Source of the DNA: Aeromicrobium choanae | GTDB lineage: Bacteria; Actinomycetota; Actinomycetes; Propionibacteriales; Nocardioidaceae | Direction: 5' to 3' | Assembly (NCBI GenBank): GCA_029265505.1 | Contig: JAJUII010000001.1 | Span: 1 to 48,342 of the forward strand | DNA: 48,342 nucleotides | Program-made: the position numbers and the translations under genes | Notes under the pieces: generated by a model | What the model was told of the DNA's origin: nothing | Seen by the model: the letters and a program-made list of their open reading frames with translations, nothing else | The model's database searches: none | Shown here: positions 18,377-28,369 of the stretch, piece after piece | Numbering within the stretch: position 1 is the stretch's first letter | Layout of the letters: each line of letters begins with the position of its first letter

Positions 18377-19144
18377 ATGTCCGTCGTCACCACCGAGAAG
18401 GCCCTCGATGATCGCGTGCTGATCATCTCCGTGACCCGCCCCGCGGCGCGCACCGCCGTCAACGGCCAGGTCGCCCGCGAGCTGGCCGCGGCCATGGACG
18501 AGCTCGACGCCGATCCGCAGCTGCGTCTGGGGATTCTGCGTGGAGAAGGGCCCGGCTTCAGCGCGGGAATGGACCTCAAGGGATTCCTGCAAGGTGACGC
18601 TCCCGTCGTCGGCGACCGGGGCTTCGGCGGGTTCGCCACCAAGCCTCCGCGCAAGCCGCTCATCGCCGCCATCGAGGGCTTCGCCGTCGCCGGCGGTCTG
18701 GAGATGGCGCTGGCGTGCGACCTCATCGTCGCCGCATCCGACGCCAAGCTCGGCCTCCCCGAGGTCAAGCGCTCGCTGATCGCCGCGGGCGGCGGACTGC
18801 TGCGTCTCGCGTTGCGCATTCCCTACCATGTGGCTGCCGAGATCGCGCTGACCGGAGACCACATCCCGGCCGAGCGTCTCTACCAGGTCGGCCTCATCAA
18901 TCGCCTCGCCGAGCCCGGTCGAGCCCTCGACGAGGCGCTCGCCCTGGCCGCACGCATCGTCGACAACGCGCCGCTGGCGTTGGACGGCACGAAGTACGTG
19001 CTCTCGAACGCAGCCGACTGGGGCCTGGCCGAAGGCTGGGAGCGCCAGGAGGAGGCGTCGCGTCGCGCCGCCGAGTCCGAGGACGCCCGGGAGGGCGCCA
19101 CCGCCTTCGCCGAGCGTCGCGCCCCCGTGTGGCGCGGACGCTGA
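18377..19144 (+). CDS. Enoyl-CoA hydratase (crotonase family)
   Basis: FSAGMDL, KPLIAAIEGFAVAGGLEMALACD and LGLPEVKR (both catalytic Glu present); start MSVVTT after aggaagga. Confidence 0.9.
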   Translation: MSVVTTEKALDDRVLIISVTRPAARTAVNGQVARELAAAMDELDADPQLRLGILRGEGPGFSAGMDLKGFLQGDAPVVGDRGFGGFATKPPRKPLIAAIEGFAVAGGLEMALACDLIVAASDAKLGLPEVKRSLIAAGGGLLRLALRIPYHVAAEIALTGDHIPAERLYQVGLINRLAEPGRALDEALALAARIVDNAPLALDGTKYVLSNAADWGLAEGWERQEEASRRAAESEDAREGATAFAERRAPVWRGR

Positions 19145-19189
19145 CCCACGACCTCTGCAGAATTCTCACCCGCACCCAGGAGCACCGAC

Positions 19190-19666
19190 ATGGACCTCAC
19201 CCAGCTGCCCGTCACCCCGCAGAGCATCGACGACCTCAAGGCGCTCGTCGGCAAGACCATCGGCCCGACCGAGTGGCACGACGTGACGCAGGAGCGCGTC
19301 AACGCCTTCGCCGACGCGACCGGCGATCACCAGTGGATCCACATCGATCCGGAGCGCGCGGCCGCCAGTCCGCTCGGCACCACGATCGCGCACGGCCTCT
19401 ACACGCTGTCGCTGGGTCCGCAGTTCTCGTACTCGCTGCTGTCGTTCGAGGCGTTCACCCACAGCCTGAACTACGGCTACGACAAGGTGCGCTTCCCGGC
19501 CCCGGTGCCGATCGGCTCGCGGGTCCGCATGACCTCGACGATCCTGTCGGTCGACGAGGTGCCCGGTGGCGTCCAGTTGCGCACCCGTCAGACGTTCGAG
19601 CGCGAGGGCTCCGACAAGCCGGTCTGCGTCGCCGAGTCGCTCGGTCGCATCGTGGAAGGCGAATGA
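19190..19666 (+). CDS. MaoC-family (R)-specific hydratase/dehydratase
   Basis: FADATGDHQWIHIDPERA, TIAHGLYTLSL, NYGYDKVRFPAPV. Confidence 0.9.
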   Translation: MDLTQLPVTPQSIDDLKALVGKTIGPTEWHDVTQERVNAFADATGDHQWIHIDPERAAASPLGTTIAHGLYTLSLGPQFSYSLLSFEAFTHSLNYGYDKVRFPAPVPIGSRVRMTSTILSVDEVPGGVQLRTRQTFEREGSDKPVCVAESLGRIVEGE

Positions 19667-19703
19667 GCCGCGCGCCCGCGCGCTCATCTCGTAGCCTGTC
19701 GCC

Positions 19704-20381
19704 ATGAGCAGCCGAGCCGAGGACACCTCGTCGCGTCAGCGACGCATTCCCGTCGATTCGCCGAACGGCTCGCGAGAGCTGCCGTCGACGCCGCGCGGTC
19801 AGCGCACCCGGGCCAAGCTCGTCCAGGCCGCCCGCACGGTCTTCGAGCGGGACGGCTTCCTCGACGCCCGACTCCTCGACATCACGAACGAGGCCGGGAT
19901 CTCGGCTGGCTCCTTCTACACCTACTTCGACAGCAAGGAGGAGATCTTCGCCGCCGTCCTCGCAGACGTCGAGGAGGAGATGCTCCACCCGCGGGTCGAC
20001 ACGGTGGAGGTCGGTGACGACCCGATCGAGAAGATCCGCGTGGCCAACCGGGCCTATCTGGAGTCCTATCGCCGCAATGCGAAGTTCATGAAGCTGCTCA
20101 TCCAGGTGTCGGCGATCGACGACGAGTTCGAGCAGCTTCGGCGTCGTCGCGCCGAGGCGTTCGTCCAGCGCAACGCCAAGTCGATCGAGGACCTGCAGCA
20201 GCGCGGCATCGCCAAGGCGGAGGTCGATCCGCGCAAGGCGGCCTCGGCGCTGTCGAGCATGGTCAGCCGGGTCGCCTACACGGTCTTCGTGATGGGCGAG
20301 GAATGGGACTTCGAGGAACTCGTCGAGACCCTGACGTTGTTGTGGGCGAACGCCCTGCTGATCGATCTCGACGCCGCCTGA
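19704..20381 (+). CDS. TetR/AcrR family transcriptional regulator (1)
   Basis: N-terminal HTH DITNEAGISAGSFYTYFDSKEEIF; TAGCCT 6 nt upstream of the ATG. Confidence 0.9.
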   Translation: MSSRAEDTSSRQRRIPVDSPNGSRELPSTPRGQRTRAKLVQAARTVFERDGFLDARLLDITNEAGISAGSFYTYFDSKEEIFAAVLADVEEEMLHPRVDTVEVGDDPIEKIRVANRAYLESYRRNAKFMKLLIQVSAIDDEFEQLRRRRAEAFVQRNAKSIEDLQQRGIAKAEVDPRKAASALSSMVSRVAYTVFVMGEEWDFEELVETLTLLWANALLIDLDAA

Positions 20382-20388
20382 GAGCGAC

Positions 20389-21819
20389 TCACTCCGCCGC
20401 CGTGCGGACCCGCGCTGCGGTCCGCCCCGGTGGCGGCACTGCGACGACGCTGACCAGCAGGCTCACGGCCATCGTGGCGAGACCGATGAGGAAGGCCGTC
20501 ACGTAGGCACCCTCGTCGGGGTGGCCCGACGGTCCGAGGTGCCCGGCCAGGAGCGCCACCATCATCGCGCTGCCCATCGCACTGCCGGCGGATCGTCCGA
20601 GCGTCGACACCGCGTTCGCGATCGCCGTCTCGCCGTGGTCGACGATCGACACGATCACCGCCGGCACTGCCGCGAAGCCCATGTTGAAGGCGGCGTTCGT
20701 CAACACGCCGCCGAGGACGATCTGCCACGGCGCCGCGTGCCAGAGCGCGAGCTGGGCGTATCCGGCCACGCCGATGACGGACGCGGTCACAAGCGCCGCG
20801 CGGCCGCCGAAGCGGGTCACGAGGGCTCCCCCGACGGGGGAGGCCACCACGCCGATCAGGGCGGCGGGCAGCAGGTAGACCATGCTCGTCTCCAGGACCG
20901 AGGCGGAGAACCCGCCGTGCTCGGCCGGCGCCTGGACGAGCGGGGGGAGCGCCAGGAAGATCAGGAAGACGCCGAACCCGATGAAGAACCCCACGAGGTT
21001 GACGGCCGCGAGCGTCGGATGACGCAGCACCTCCAGCCGCAGCAACGGCTCGGTCGTGGTGGACTGCAGCCACCACCAGAGCACGAACACCGCGGCCGAG
21101 GCCGTGAACGCGCCCAGCGTGGCCCCCGAGGTCCATCCCCAGGAGTTGCCTTGGGTGATGGGCAGCAAGAAGAGCACAAGCGCCGCCCCGAGCACCGCGC
21201 TGCCCGCCCAGTCGAGGCGACCACGTCCCCGGGACCGGTCACGGGGCACGAGCAGCAGGGTCAGGGCGAAGAGCACGACGGAGACCGCGCCGGCCATCCA
21301 GAACACGGTGCGGTAGTCGCGGTCGCCGTGGGTCAGGACGCCGGTCACCACCAGGCCGGCACCCGCGCCGACGCTGATCATTCCGGTGAGCAGGGACATC
21401 GCGAAGGGGAGTCGGCGCGGTGTCAGGTGCTCGCGCATGACACCGATGGACAGCGGGAAGATGCAGAAGGAGGCGCCCTGCAGGACCCGCGCCACCAACA
21501 GGGCCCACAGCGACGACGTCATGGCGCCCAGCAGGGACCCGATCGCCACGGACGCCAGCACCGCGAGCAGGACCCGTCGTCGCCCGTGCAGGTCACCGGC
21601 CTTGCTCATCAGCGGTGTGAGCACCGCGGCCGCGAGCAGGTTGACGGTCACCGCCCAGCCCGTCGCGGTCGGGGACTCGCCCAGGGCCTCGCTGATCTTG
21701 CCCAAGATCGGCACCACGATGGTCTGGGTGAGTGCCGTGAGCATGGACAGCAGCATCAGGACGGCGACCATGGCGGCGTTCGCGCGAGGTCGCCGTCCGT
21801 GGCGGTCAGGCCGTGGCAT
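20389..21819 (-). CDS. MFS transporter (about 14 TM)
   Basis: SKAGDLHGRRRVLL motif [10 protein letters not shown]; many TM helices. Confidence 0.88.
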   Translation of the reverse strand: MPRPDRHGRRPRANAAMVAVLMLLSMLTALTQTIVVPILGKISEALGESPTATGWAVTVNLLAAAVLTPLMSKAGDLHGRRRVLLAVLASVAIGSLLGAMTSSLWALLVARVLQGASFCIFPLSIGVMREHLTPRRLPFAMSLLTGMISVGAGAGLVVTGVLTHGDRDYRTVFWMAGAVSVVLFALTLLLVPRDRSRGRGRLDWAGSAVLGAALVLFLLPITQGNSWGWTSGATLGAFTASAAVFVLWWWLQSTTTEPLLRLEVLRHPTLAAVNLVGFFIGFGVFLIFLALPPLVQAPAEHGGFSASVLETSMVYLLPAALIGVVASPVGGALVTRFGGRAALVTASVIGVAGYAQLALWHAAPWQIVLGGVLTNAAFNMGFAAVPAVIVSIVDHGETAIANAVSTLGRSAGSAMGSAMMVALLAGHLGPSGHPDEGAYVTAFLIGLATMAVSLLVSVVAVPPPGRTAARVRTAAE

Positions 21820-21875
21820 GGTCGATGGTTCCCGTTCCTCGGCGCCGTGTGACGGGGGTCTCAGTGAGGCCGAAC

Positions 21876-21895
21876 TGAAGTTGAAGTAGACTTCA
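21876..21895. promoter_or_regulatory. Second copy of the TGAAGTTGA-N4-GACTTCA operator-like site
   Basis: tgaagttgaagtagacttca, 16 of 20 positions identical to 16981-17000; lies in the divergent MFS/thiolase intergenic region. Confidence 0.7.
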
Positions 21896-21968
21896 TATTA
21901 ATCAGAATCACCGCCCGCGCGACACTCCGCGTGCAGGACGGACCGAACTTTCGACACGAGGGGTTCCC

Positions 21969-23168
21969 ATGAGAGAGGCCGTGGTCGTCTCGACCGCCCG
22001 TACTCCGATCGGCAAGGCTTACCGGGGCGCGTTCAACAACACCCAGGCCCAGGAGCTGGCCGGTCACGTCGTGGCCGAGGCCGTCAAGCGGGCCGGCATC
22101 GAAGGTGGCGAGGTCGACGACGTCGTCTTCGGCGCCGCGCTGCAGCAGGGCAGCTCGGGCTTCAACATCGCGCGCCAGGCCGCACTGCGCGCCGGTCTGC
22201 CGACCTCGGTCGCCGGCATGTCCGTCGACCGCCAGTGCGCCTCGGGCCTGATGGCCATCGCGACGGCGGCCAAGCAGATCATCGCCGACGGCATGGACAT
22301 CACCGTCGGCGGCGGCGTGGAGTCGATCTCGCTCGTGCAGAACGAGCACATGAACAACCACCGGGCGCAGGATCCGTGGCTCGTCGAGCACCGTCCGGAC
22401 CTGTACTACCCGATGCTCCAGACGGCCGAGATCGTGGCCGAGCGCTACAACGTCAGCCGGGAGGCTCAGGACGAGTTCGCGCTGCTGTCGCAGCAGCGGA
22501 CCGCCGCCGCGCAGGAGGCCGGTCTCTTCGACGACGAGATCGTCCCCTTCGAGACGGTCAAGCTCGTCCAGGACCGCGAGACCGGTGAGGTCACCGAGGA
22601 GCGCGTGACGCTGACGAAGGACGAGGGCAACCGCCCGTCCACGACGCTGGAGTCGCTCCAGGGGCTCAAGCCGGTGCTGCCGGACGGTCAGGCGGTCAAG
22701 CACTCCAGCGTCACCGCCGGCAACGCCTCGCAGCTGTCCGACGGCGCGTCGGCGGCCGTGCTCATGGAGGCCAAGGTGGCCGAGCGCCGCGGCGCCGAGG
22801 TGCTCGGTGTGTACCGCGGCATGGCCGTCGCCGGCTGTGACCCGGACGAGATGGGCATCGGCCCGGTCTTCGCCATCCCGAAGCTCCTCAAGCAGCACGG
22901 GCTGACGATCGACGACATCGGCCTGTGGGAGCTCAACGAGGCGTTCGCCTCCCAGGCGGTCTACTGTCGTGACCGGCTCGGCATCGATCCCGAGCGCTAC
23001 AACGTCAACGGCGGAGCGATCTCGATCGGCCACCCGTACGGCATGACGGGCGCCCGCCTGGTGGGCCACACGCTCATCGAGGGCAAGCGTCGCGGCGTGA
23101 AGTACGTCGTGGTCACGATGTGCATCGGTGGCGGACAGGGCGCCGCCGGCCTGTTCGAGGTCGCCTGA
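21969..23168 (+). CDS. Acetyl-CoA C-acyltransferase (thiolase)
   Basis: DRQCASG (catalytic Cys), [20 protein letters not shown]. Confidence 0.95.
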   Translation: MREAVVVSTARTPIGKAYRGAFNNTQAQELAGHVVAEAVKRAGIEGGEVDDVVFGAALQQGSSGFNIARQAALRAGLPTSVAGMSVDRQCASGLMAIATAAKQIIADGMDITVGGGVESISLVQNEHMNNHRAQDPWLVEHRPDLYYPMLQTAEIVAERYNVSREAQDEFALLSQQRTAAAQEAGLFDDEIVPFETVKLVQDRETGEVTEERVTLTKDEGNRPSTTLESLQGLKPVLPDGQAVKHSSVTAGNASQLSDGASAAVLMEAKVAERRGAEVLGVYRGMAVAGCDPDEMGIGPVFAIPKLLKQHGLTIDDIGLWELNEAFASQAVYCRDRLGIDPERYNVNGGAISIGHPYGMTGARLVGHTLIEGKRRGVKYVVVTMCIGGGQGAAGLFEVA

Positions 23169-23179
23169 GAGGAGCACGG

Positions 23180-24028
23180 ATGTTCATCAACGGCACGACG
23201 GCCGAGGACCACGTCTTCGGCCAGGTCGAGGACGGCATCGGGACGATCACGCTGAACCGCCCCGAGCGGCGCAACGCGCTCTCCGATCCGATGATCGAGG
23301 GCCTGATCGGCTTGCTGACGACGATGCAGGACTCCGATGAGGTCGACGCGATCGTCATCACGGGCGCCGGCAAGGCGTTCTGCTCCGGCGGCGACGTCCA
23401 GGAGTTCAACGCCAAGGGCGGCGAGGGTGCCGGTGCCGACGAGATCGATGCCGAGGCCACCGCCGAGCAGCAGCGTGTCCAGCGCGAGACGGTCGCCCGC
23501 ATCTACCGGAGCCCGAAGCCGGTCATCGCCGCGCTTCCCGGTGCCGCCGCCGGCGCCGGACTCGGGCTGGCGCTCGCCGCGGACTTCCGCATCGGCTCGG
23601 AGCGCGCGGTCATCGCCACCGCCTTCGGCGCTGTCGGCCTCTCGGGCGACTTCGGCGTCGCCTGGCTGCTCAACAGCATCGTCGGCCCGGTGAAGGCGCG
23701 CGAGCTCATGATGCTCAACCCGCGCGTCGACGCCCAGACCGCGCTCGAGCTCGGCCTGTTGAACGAGGTCGTGTCCGAGGACGAGTTCGCCGATCGCACG
23801 CGTGAGCTGGCCCGCCGGCTCGCCGACGGGCCGAGTCTGGCGCTGCGATACATGAAGGACAACCTCGTCCGGGCCGTGCACCAGACGCTCGAGGAGAACA
23901 TGGACGACGAGGTGCCGCTGCACAAGACGACGGGCCTGACCGACGACCACATCGGTGCGGTCCGGGCCTTCGTCGAGAAGCGCACCCCGGTCTTCGGCCG
24001 TCGCCGCCTCGAGCAGGAGGGACGATGA
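23180..24028 (+). CDS. Crotonase-family protein, isomerase-like (PaaG-type active site)
   Basis: TLNRPERRNAL, FCSGGDV, GAAAGAGLGLALAAD, GLSGDFG; start ATG 23180 after gaggag. Confidence 0.85.
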   Translation: MFINGTTAEDHVFGQVEDGIGTITLNRPERRNALSDPMIEGLIGLLTTMQDSDEVDAIVITGAGKAFCSGGDVQEFNAKGGEGAGADEIDAEATAEQQRVQRETVARIYRSPKPVIAALPGAAAGAGLGLALAADFRIGSERAVIATAFGAVGLSGDFGVAWLLNSIVGPVKARELMMLNPRVDAQTALELGLLNEVVSEDEFADRTRELARRLADGPSLALRYMKDNLVRAVHQTLEENMDDEVPLHKTTGLTDDHIGAVRAFVEKRTPVFGRRRLEQEGR

Positions 24029-24330
24029 TCAACGTCACCGCCGCGATGACGGTGCGCGAGGGATGCGCCCAGGAGTTCGAGCAGGCGATCGCCGAGGCGC
24101 GACCGCACATGCTCGCCGACGAAGGCTGTCTGCGCTACGACCTGCAGCGGGTCAACCGCAGCGAGACGGACTACGTGCTGCTCGAGGCCTACGACTCCGG
24201 TGACGCGATCCGCCGCCACGGCGAGCTCGAGGCCTTCAAGGAGCTGGGCCGTCGGCTGGACTCGCTGCTGGCGGCGCCGCCGGTCATCACCGTGCTCAAG
24301 CCGGTGGGGGAGCAGGTCGCCCAGCATTGA
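24025..24330 (+). CDS. ABM / putative quinol monooxygenase family protein
   Basis: 101 aa; DEGCLRYDL...YVLLEAY....AIRRH pattern; ATGA overlap with the upstream gene. Confidence 0.8.
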   Translation: MINVTAAMTVREGCAQEFEQAIAEARPHMLADEGCLRYDLQRVNRSETDYVLLEAYDSGDAIRRHGELEAFKELGRRLDSLLAAPPVITVLKPVGEQVAQH

Positions 24331-24357
24331 CACAAGTGTCAATGATTTCGGTACACT
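24325..24357 (+). promoter_or_regulatory. TTGAC-N6-GTCAA palindrome overlapping a putative leaderless promoter of the next TetR gene
   Basis: cattgacacaagtgtcaatg (9-bp perfect arms, 24325-24344); TACACT at 24352-24357, 6 nt before ATG 24364. Confidence 0.8.
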
Positions 24358-24363
24358 GGTCCC

Positions 24364-24969
24364 ATGAGTCACGGCTGGGCAGTACGCGAGGACCACGACA
24401 GGGCTGACGCCGAGCGCTACGGGCAACTGCTCGAGGCGGCTCGCGAGTCGTTCGAGGAGCTCGGGTACGGCGCCACCACGATCGCCGAGATCACCCGCAG
24501 GGCCGGCGTCAGCAGGGCGACGTTCTACGTCTATTTCGCGTCCAAGGAACAGGTCTTCGCGGTTCTCGCCGATCAGGTGCGCGAGCGATTCCTGCGCGCC
24601 CAGGACCTGGCCGGACTCGACCCGAACGACGTCGAGGGCGTCCTGCGACTGACGATCGAGACGACCCTGGAAGCGACCGTGGAGTGCCACGGCCTGATGG
24701 CGGTGCTGAACCACCAGGCCGTGGCCGATCCGGCCATCGGTGAGCTGTGGCAGGAGATCCAGCGCAAGGCCGTGCACCGCACCGCGAACTACGTGCGCCA
24801 GCAGGCCGAGGCGGGCCGGGTCGAGCCGGTCGCCGACCCGGAGTCTCTCGGACTCATGGGCGCGGGGATGAACGACCGGTACGCGCCTCTCGTGCTCGCC
24901 GGCCAGGTGAAGGTCGAGGACGCGGTCGAAGAGATGCACCGCATCTGGATGGCCTGCCTCGGTCGCTGA
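24364..24969 (+). CDS. TetR/AcrR family transcriptional regulator (2)
   Basis: HTH TTIAEITRRAGVSRATFYVYFASKEQVF. Confidence 0.9.
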   Translation: MSHGWAVREDHDRADAERYGQLLEAARESFEELGYGATTIAEITRRAGVSRATFYVYFASKEQVFAVLADQVRERFLRAQDLAGLDPNDVEGVLRLTIETTLEATVECHGLMAVLNHQAVADPAIGELWQEIQRKAVHRTANYVRQQAEAGRVEPVADPESLGLMGAGMNDRYAPLVLAGQVKVEDAVEEMHRIWMACLGR

Positions 24970-24981
24970 GTCCACACGCAA

Positions 24982-25031
24982 GACGGCCGCCCGGCACGAG
25001 GGGAGGGAGTGCCCTCGGCCAGGCGGCCGTC
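24982..25031. terminator. Long imperfect hairpin between convergent genes (candidate bidirectional terminator)
   Basis: gacggccgcc (24982-24991)/ggcggccgtc (25022-25031) with inner cgaggg/ccctcg pairing. Confidence 0.55.
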
Positions 25032-25065
25032 GTCGAGCGTCGGTGGGGAGGCCGACGCCCCGGGG

Positions 25066-25575
25066 TCAGTCGGGCCGAGACGTGCCCAACCTGTGGCTCG
25101 GGGGGAGGGTCCAAGCCAGGCTTCGATGCTCTTCGAGGATGGCGTCGACCTTGCCGGCCACCTCGTCGGGGATCTCGACCGACCGGCGAGCGGTCAGGTC
25201 CACGTACGCCTCCACGAACTCGAGGGTGCTGGCGATCTCGCCGGTGGTGCGATTGGCCAGCACGGTCACCGCGTGGAAGGTCTTCGGGCCTCGGCCCAGG
25301 AGTCGCAGATGGACCGACACCTCGTGATCGACGAGGATCTCGTGGTGGAACTGCACGTGGTGGGCGACGCTGAACGAGCTCTGGCCCGTGCGCTCGAGGT
25401 AGTCCTCGTCGATGCCGAGGACCTGCATGAACGCGGCCTCCGCGCCGTCCATGTGCAGGTCATAGTGCCCGCGGACGTTCACGTGACCGTTGAGGTCGCG
25501 ATAGCGCTCCGGAACGCGGGTGGTCAGCAGCGTGCCGAGCTGGTCCACCTCGGCGAGAGACGGCAGACGAGACAT
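25066..25575 (-). CDS. Hotdog-fold thioesterase family protein (paralog A)
   Basis: VPERYRDLNGHVNVRGHY (4HBT-like DxNGHVN motif). Confidence 0.8.
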   Translation of the reverse strand: MSRLPSLAEVDQLGTLLTTRVPERYRDLNGHVNVRGHYDLHMDGAEAAFMQVLGIDEDYLERTGQSSFSVAHHVQFHHEILVDHEVSVHLRLLGRGPKTFHAVTVLANRTTGEIASTLEFVEAYVDLTARRSVEIPDEVAGKVDAILEEHRSLAWTLPPSHRLGTSRPD

Positions 25576-25576
25576 G

Positions 25577-27232
25577 TCAGGCCCCGCTGTTCAGTCGCGC
25601 CGCGTCCTCGGCGAGCTCGTGCTTGCGGACCTTGCCCGTGGCGGTCATCGGCAGGTCGCCGATCACCGAGACCAGAGGCACCTTGTACGGCGCCATGTTG
25701 GCGCGGGCCCAGGTCACGAGCTCCTCGGCGGTCAGGCCGGACCCCTCGCGGGGCACCACGAACGCGACCGGGCGCTGACCGGTCTGCGGATCGTCGGTCG
25801 GGACGACTGCGACCGTGTCGACCGACGGGTGCTGGTTGAGCAGCATCTCGACGTCGGCCGGGAACACGCTCATCCCGTTGACCTTGATCATCTCCTTCTC
25901 GCGACCGAGGTAGTGCAGGAAGCCCTTCTCGTCGATCCTGCCGTTGTCACCGGTGTGGATCCAGCCGTCGACGAGCTGCTCGCGGGTGGCCTCCTCGTTG
26001 CGCCAGTAGCCGTCGGTGACGGAGGGGCTGCGGACGATGATCTCGCCGACCTCGCCCAGGGGAACCGGGTTCTGGGTCCCCTTCTCCACGACGGCGATGT
26101 CGGTGCCGGGGACCGAGATCCCGCAGAACACCGGCTCGGACAGCAGGTCGAAGTCGTCTTCGGCGAAGCCGTAGGGGACCGAGTCGATCGTGTGGGTCTC
26201 GGTCATGCCGTAGGCGGACTCGCGCAGCACCGAGCCGGGGACGAGCTCGGCCCAGCGGTGGCGCACCTCCGGCGTCATCTTGCGGACGAACGAGACGGCC
26301 TGCGGGTCCGTCAGCGAGCTCAGGTCGCGCTCGGGGAGGTTCTGGGTGTCCATGAGCTCGAGATAGTTCTCGACCGTGCCGGTCATCAGGTTCACCCGGT
26401 AGCGCTCGATGTTGTCCACGACCTCGGCCGCGTTCCAGCGGGGCATCAACACACTCGTGCCGCCCAGGACGAACGGGATCAACAGGCCCAGGTCCTCACC
26501 GGCGATCCAGAAGATGGGCAAGTAGCACAGGGCGACGTAGTTGCCGTCGGTCGGCAGGGCGGTCGCCGCCGCGGCGCTGCCCACGGTGTAGAGCATGTGG
26601 AACTGCGTGTGCTGGCAGCCCTTCGGCATTCCCGTCGTGCCGCCGGTGTAGTTCAGGGCGGCCAGGGAGTGCAGATCGCCGTCGTCGCCGGCGTAGGGCT
26701 CGCTGGAGATCGCGGCCTGCCAGCCGAACTCGCCCTCGCCGTCGGTGAGCAGGACGGGGATCTCGGGCACCCGGTCGGAGCAGGCCTCGACGACCTCGTG
26801 GAGCTTGCTGGTGGTGACGATCAGCGCCGGCTCGCTGTCGAGCAGCTCGTAGGCGAGCTCCGCCGGCTGGAACATCGGGTTCACCGGGACGTGCACGGCC
26901 CCCAGGCGCAGGATCGCCAGGAAGGCGATGGCGAACTCGGTGGAGTTGCCCAGGTAGACCGCGACCCGGTCGCCCTTGCCCACGCCGTGCTCGGACATCC
27001 AGGTGGCGACGCGGCGGTGCGCGTCGTCGAGCTCGGGGTAGGTGAAGTGCTGGTCGCCCATCGCGAGCGCGAGCTTCTCGGGACGCTCCTTCGCCCAGTG
27101 CGACACGTGGGCCGGGATCGTGATGTGCCCGGCCGGGTACACCGGCTCGTCGGGGAGTCCGGCGGGGCGCAGTGCGGCCTGCAGCGCACGGACTTCGGCC
27201 ACGTATTCGTCGAGGGTCTTCTGCGAGCTCAT
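25577..27232 (-). CDS. Acyl-CoA synthetase / AMP-binding enzyme
   Basis: YTGGTTGMPKG, AYGMTE, GWIHTGD, GREKEMIK, LPMTATGKV. Confidence 0.92.
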   Translation of the reverse strand: MSSQKTLDEYVAEVRALQAALRPAGLPDEPVYPAGHITIPAHVSHWAKERPEKLALAMGDQHFTYPELDDAHRRVATWMSEHGVGKGDRVAVYLGNSTEFAIAFLAILRLGAVHVPVNPMFQPAELAYELLDSEPALIVTTSKLHEVVEACSDRVPEIPVLLTDGEGEFGWQAAISSEPYAGDDGDLHSLAALNYTGGTTGMPKGCQHTQFHMLYTVGSAAAATALPTDGNYVALCYLPIFWIAGEDLGLLIPFVLGGTSVLMPRWNAAEVVDNIERYRVNLMTGTVENYLELMDTQNLPERDLSSLTDPQAVSFVRKMTPEVRHRWAELVPGSVLRESAYGMTETHTIDSVPYGFAEDDFDLLSEPVFCGISVPGTDIAVVEKGTQNPVPLGEVGEIIVRSPSVTDGYWRNEEATREQLVDGWIHTGDNGRIDEKGFLHYLGREKEMIKVNGMSVFPADVEMLLNQHPSVDTVAVVPTDDPQTGQRPVAFVVPREGSGLTAEELVTWARANMAPYKVPLVSVIGDLPMTATGKVRKHELAEDAARLNSGA

Positions 27233-27286
27233 GGAACGGCTGCCTCCGGGGGTTCTGGGACGGGCGTGGCTGTGACGTCACTCTCA

Positions 27287-27333
27287 TTGACGTCAGCGTC
27301 AACAAGTGAATCGAAGTTTGACGTTGGTGTCAA
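27287..27333. promoter_or_regulatory. Paired TTGAC-N6-GTCAA operator-like palindromes upstream of the acyl-CoA synthetase
   Basis: ttgacgtcagcgtcaa (27287-27302) and ttgacgttggtgtcaa (27318-27333). Confidence 0.75.
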
Positions 27334-27345
27334 CATTCTTTCGGG

Positions 27346-28020
27346 TCAGGTCGCTCCGGCGAGCTTGGCGGCGAGGTCGGCGTACTGGAATCCCAGTGCC
27401 ATGGGCGTCCGCGTGGTGCCGTGGCGATACCACCGGGACACGTCGATGCACAGCGAGAGGATCGCGATCCGGGTCCACTCCGGGTCGGCGAGGCGGAAGA
27501 CGCCCTGCTCCATCCCGGCGCGCAGGATCTCGGCCATGTGCTCGTCGATCCCGCGCCGCAGCTCCCAGACGTCGTCGAACTCGGGCTCGCGGCGGAGGCG
27601 GATCTCGTACTCGAGGGTGTGGGCGAGCAGGTTGTTCTCGGCCAGCCATGTCGCGAACGAGGCGACCCCGAGGCGTAGGCGGTCCAAGGGCTCGACGACC
27701 TGTCGCGCCGGGACGTTGAACGAGCCGGTCGAGGCGCGGTGGCCCTCCAGGGCGACCCGGTGGAATAGCTCCTGCTTGGATTCGAAGTGGATGTAGATCG
27801 CTCCGGAGCTCATCCCGGCGCGCGCCGCGATCTCGCGGGTCGAGGCGCCGTGGTAGCCCAGGTCGGCGAAGGCGAGCGTCGCGCCCTTGAGGATCCGACG
27901 CACCGCTCCGGAGGCCCGCTCGTCCCAGAACTCCTCGATCTTGCGCTCGGCGTACTCGCGGTCGACCTGCACGCGCGTGGGGCGCTCCGGTCGACCGAGG
28001 GTCTCGTCGATCTGCGACAT
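27346..28020 (-). CDS. TetR/AcrR family transcriptional regulator (3)
   Basis: HTH GYHGASTREIAARAGMSSGAIYIHFESKQELF; start MSQIDE after ggag. Confidence 0.9.
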   Translation of the reverse strand: MSQIDETLGRPERPTRVQVDREYAERKIEEFWDERASGAVRRILKGATLAFADLGYHGASTREIAARAGMSSGAIYIHFESKQELFHRVALEGHRASTGSFNVPARQVVEPLDRLRLGVASFATWLAENNLLAHTLEYEIRLRREPEFDDVWELRRGIDEHMAEILRAGMEQGVFRLADPEWTRIAILSLCIDVSRWYRHGTTRTPMALGFQYADLAAKLAGAT

Positions 28021-28078
28021 GGGGCTCCGTTCCATTCGAGGCGGCGAAAATGTGTGGCCCGTCACTCTGGGGACAGCA

Positions 28079-28094
28079 TAAGCGTATGCTTAGG
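28079..28094. promoter_or_regulatory. TAAGC-N4-GCTTA palindrome between TetR(3) and the BCCP gene
   Basis: taagcgtatgcttagg; related copy at 28483. Confidence 0.55.
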
Positions 28095-28134
28095 CCCGCA
28101 GCGCGCAAAGTTCGACACATCGAAAGGAAAACCC

Positions 28135-28350
28135 ATGGCAGACGTGCGTAGTGAGCTGACGGCCTCCGTGTTCAAGATCGAGGTCGCAGTCGGTGATCGG
28201 GTGGAAGAGGGCCAGCCCCTGGTCGTCCTCGAGTCCATGAAGATGGAGATCCCGGTCGTGGCCGACCGTGCCGGCACCGTCGAGGAAATTCTGGTAAGTG
28301 AGGGCGAAGTCGTCGAAGAGGGCGCGGTGGTCGCGCGTCTCGCCGACTGA
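28135..28350 (+). CDS. Stand-alone biotin carboxyl carrier protein
   Basis: 71 aa, VLESMKMEIPV biotinylation motif; gaaagga RBS. Confidence 0.92.
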   Translation: MADVRSELTASVFKIEVAVGDRVEEGQPLVVLESMKMEIPVVADRAGTVEEILVSEGEVVEEGAVVARLAD

Positions 28351-28369
28351 GACGCAACCCCCGTTGACA

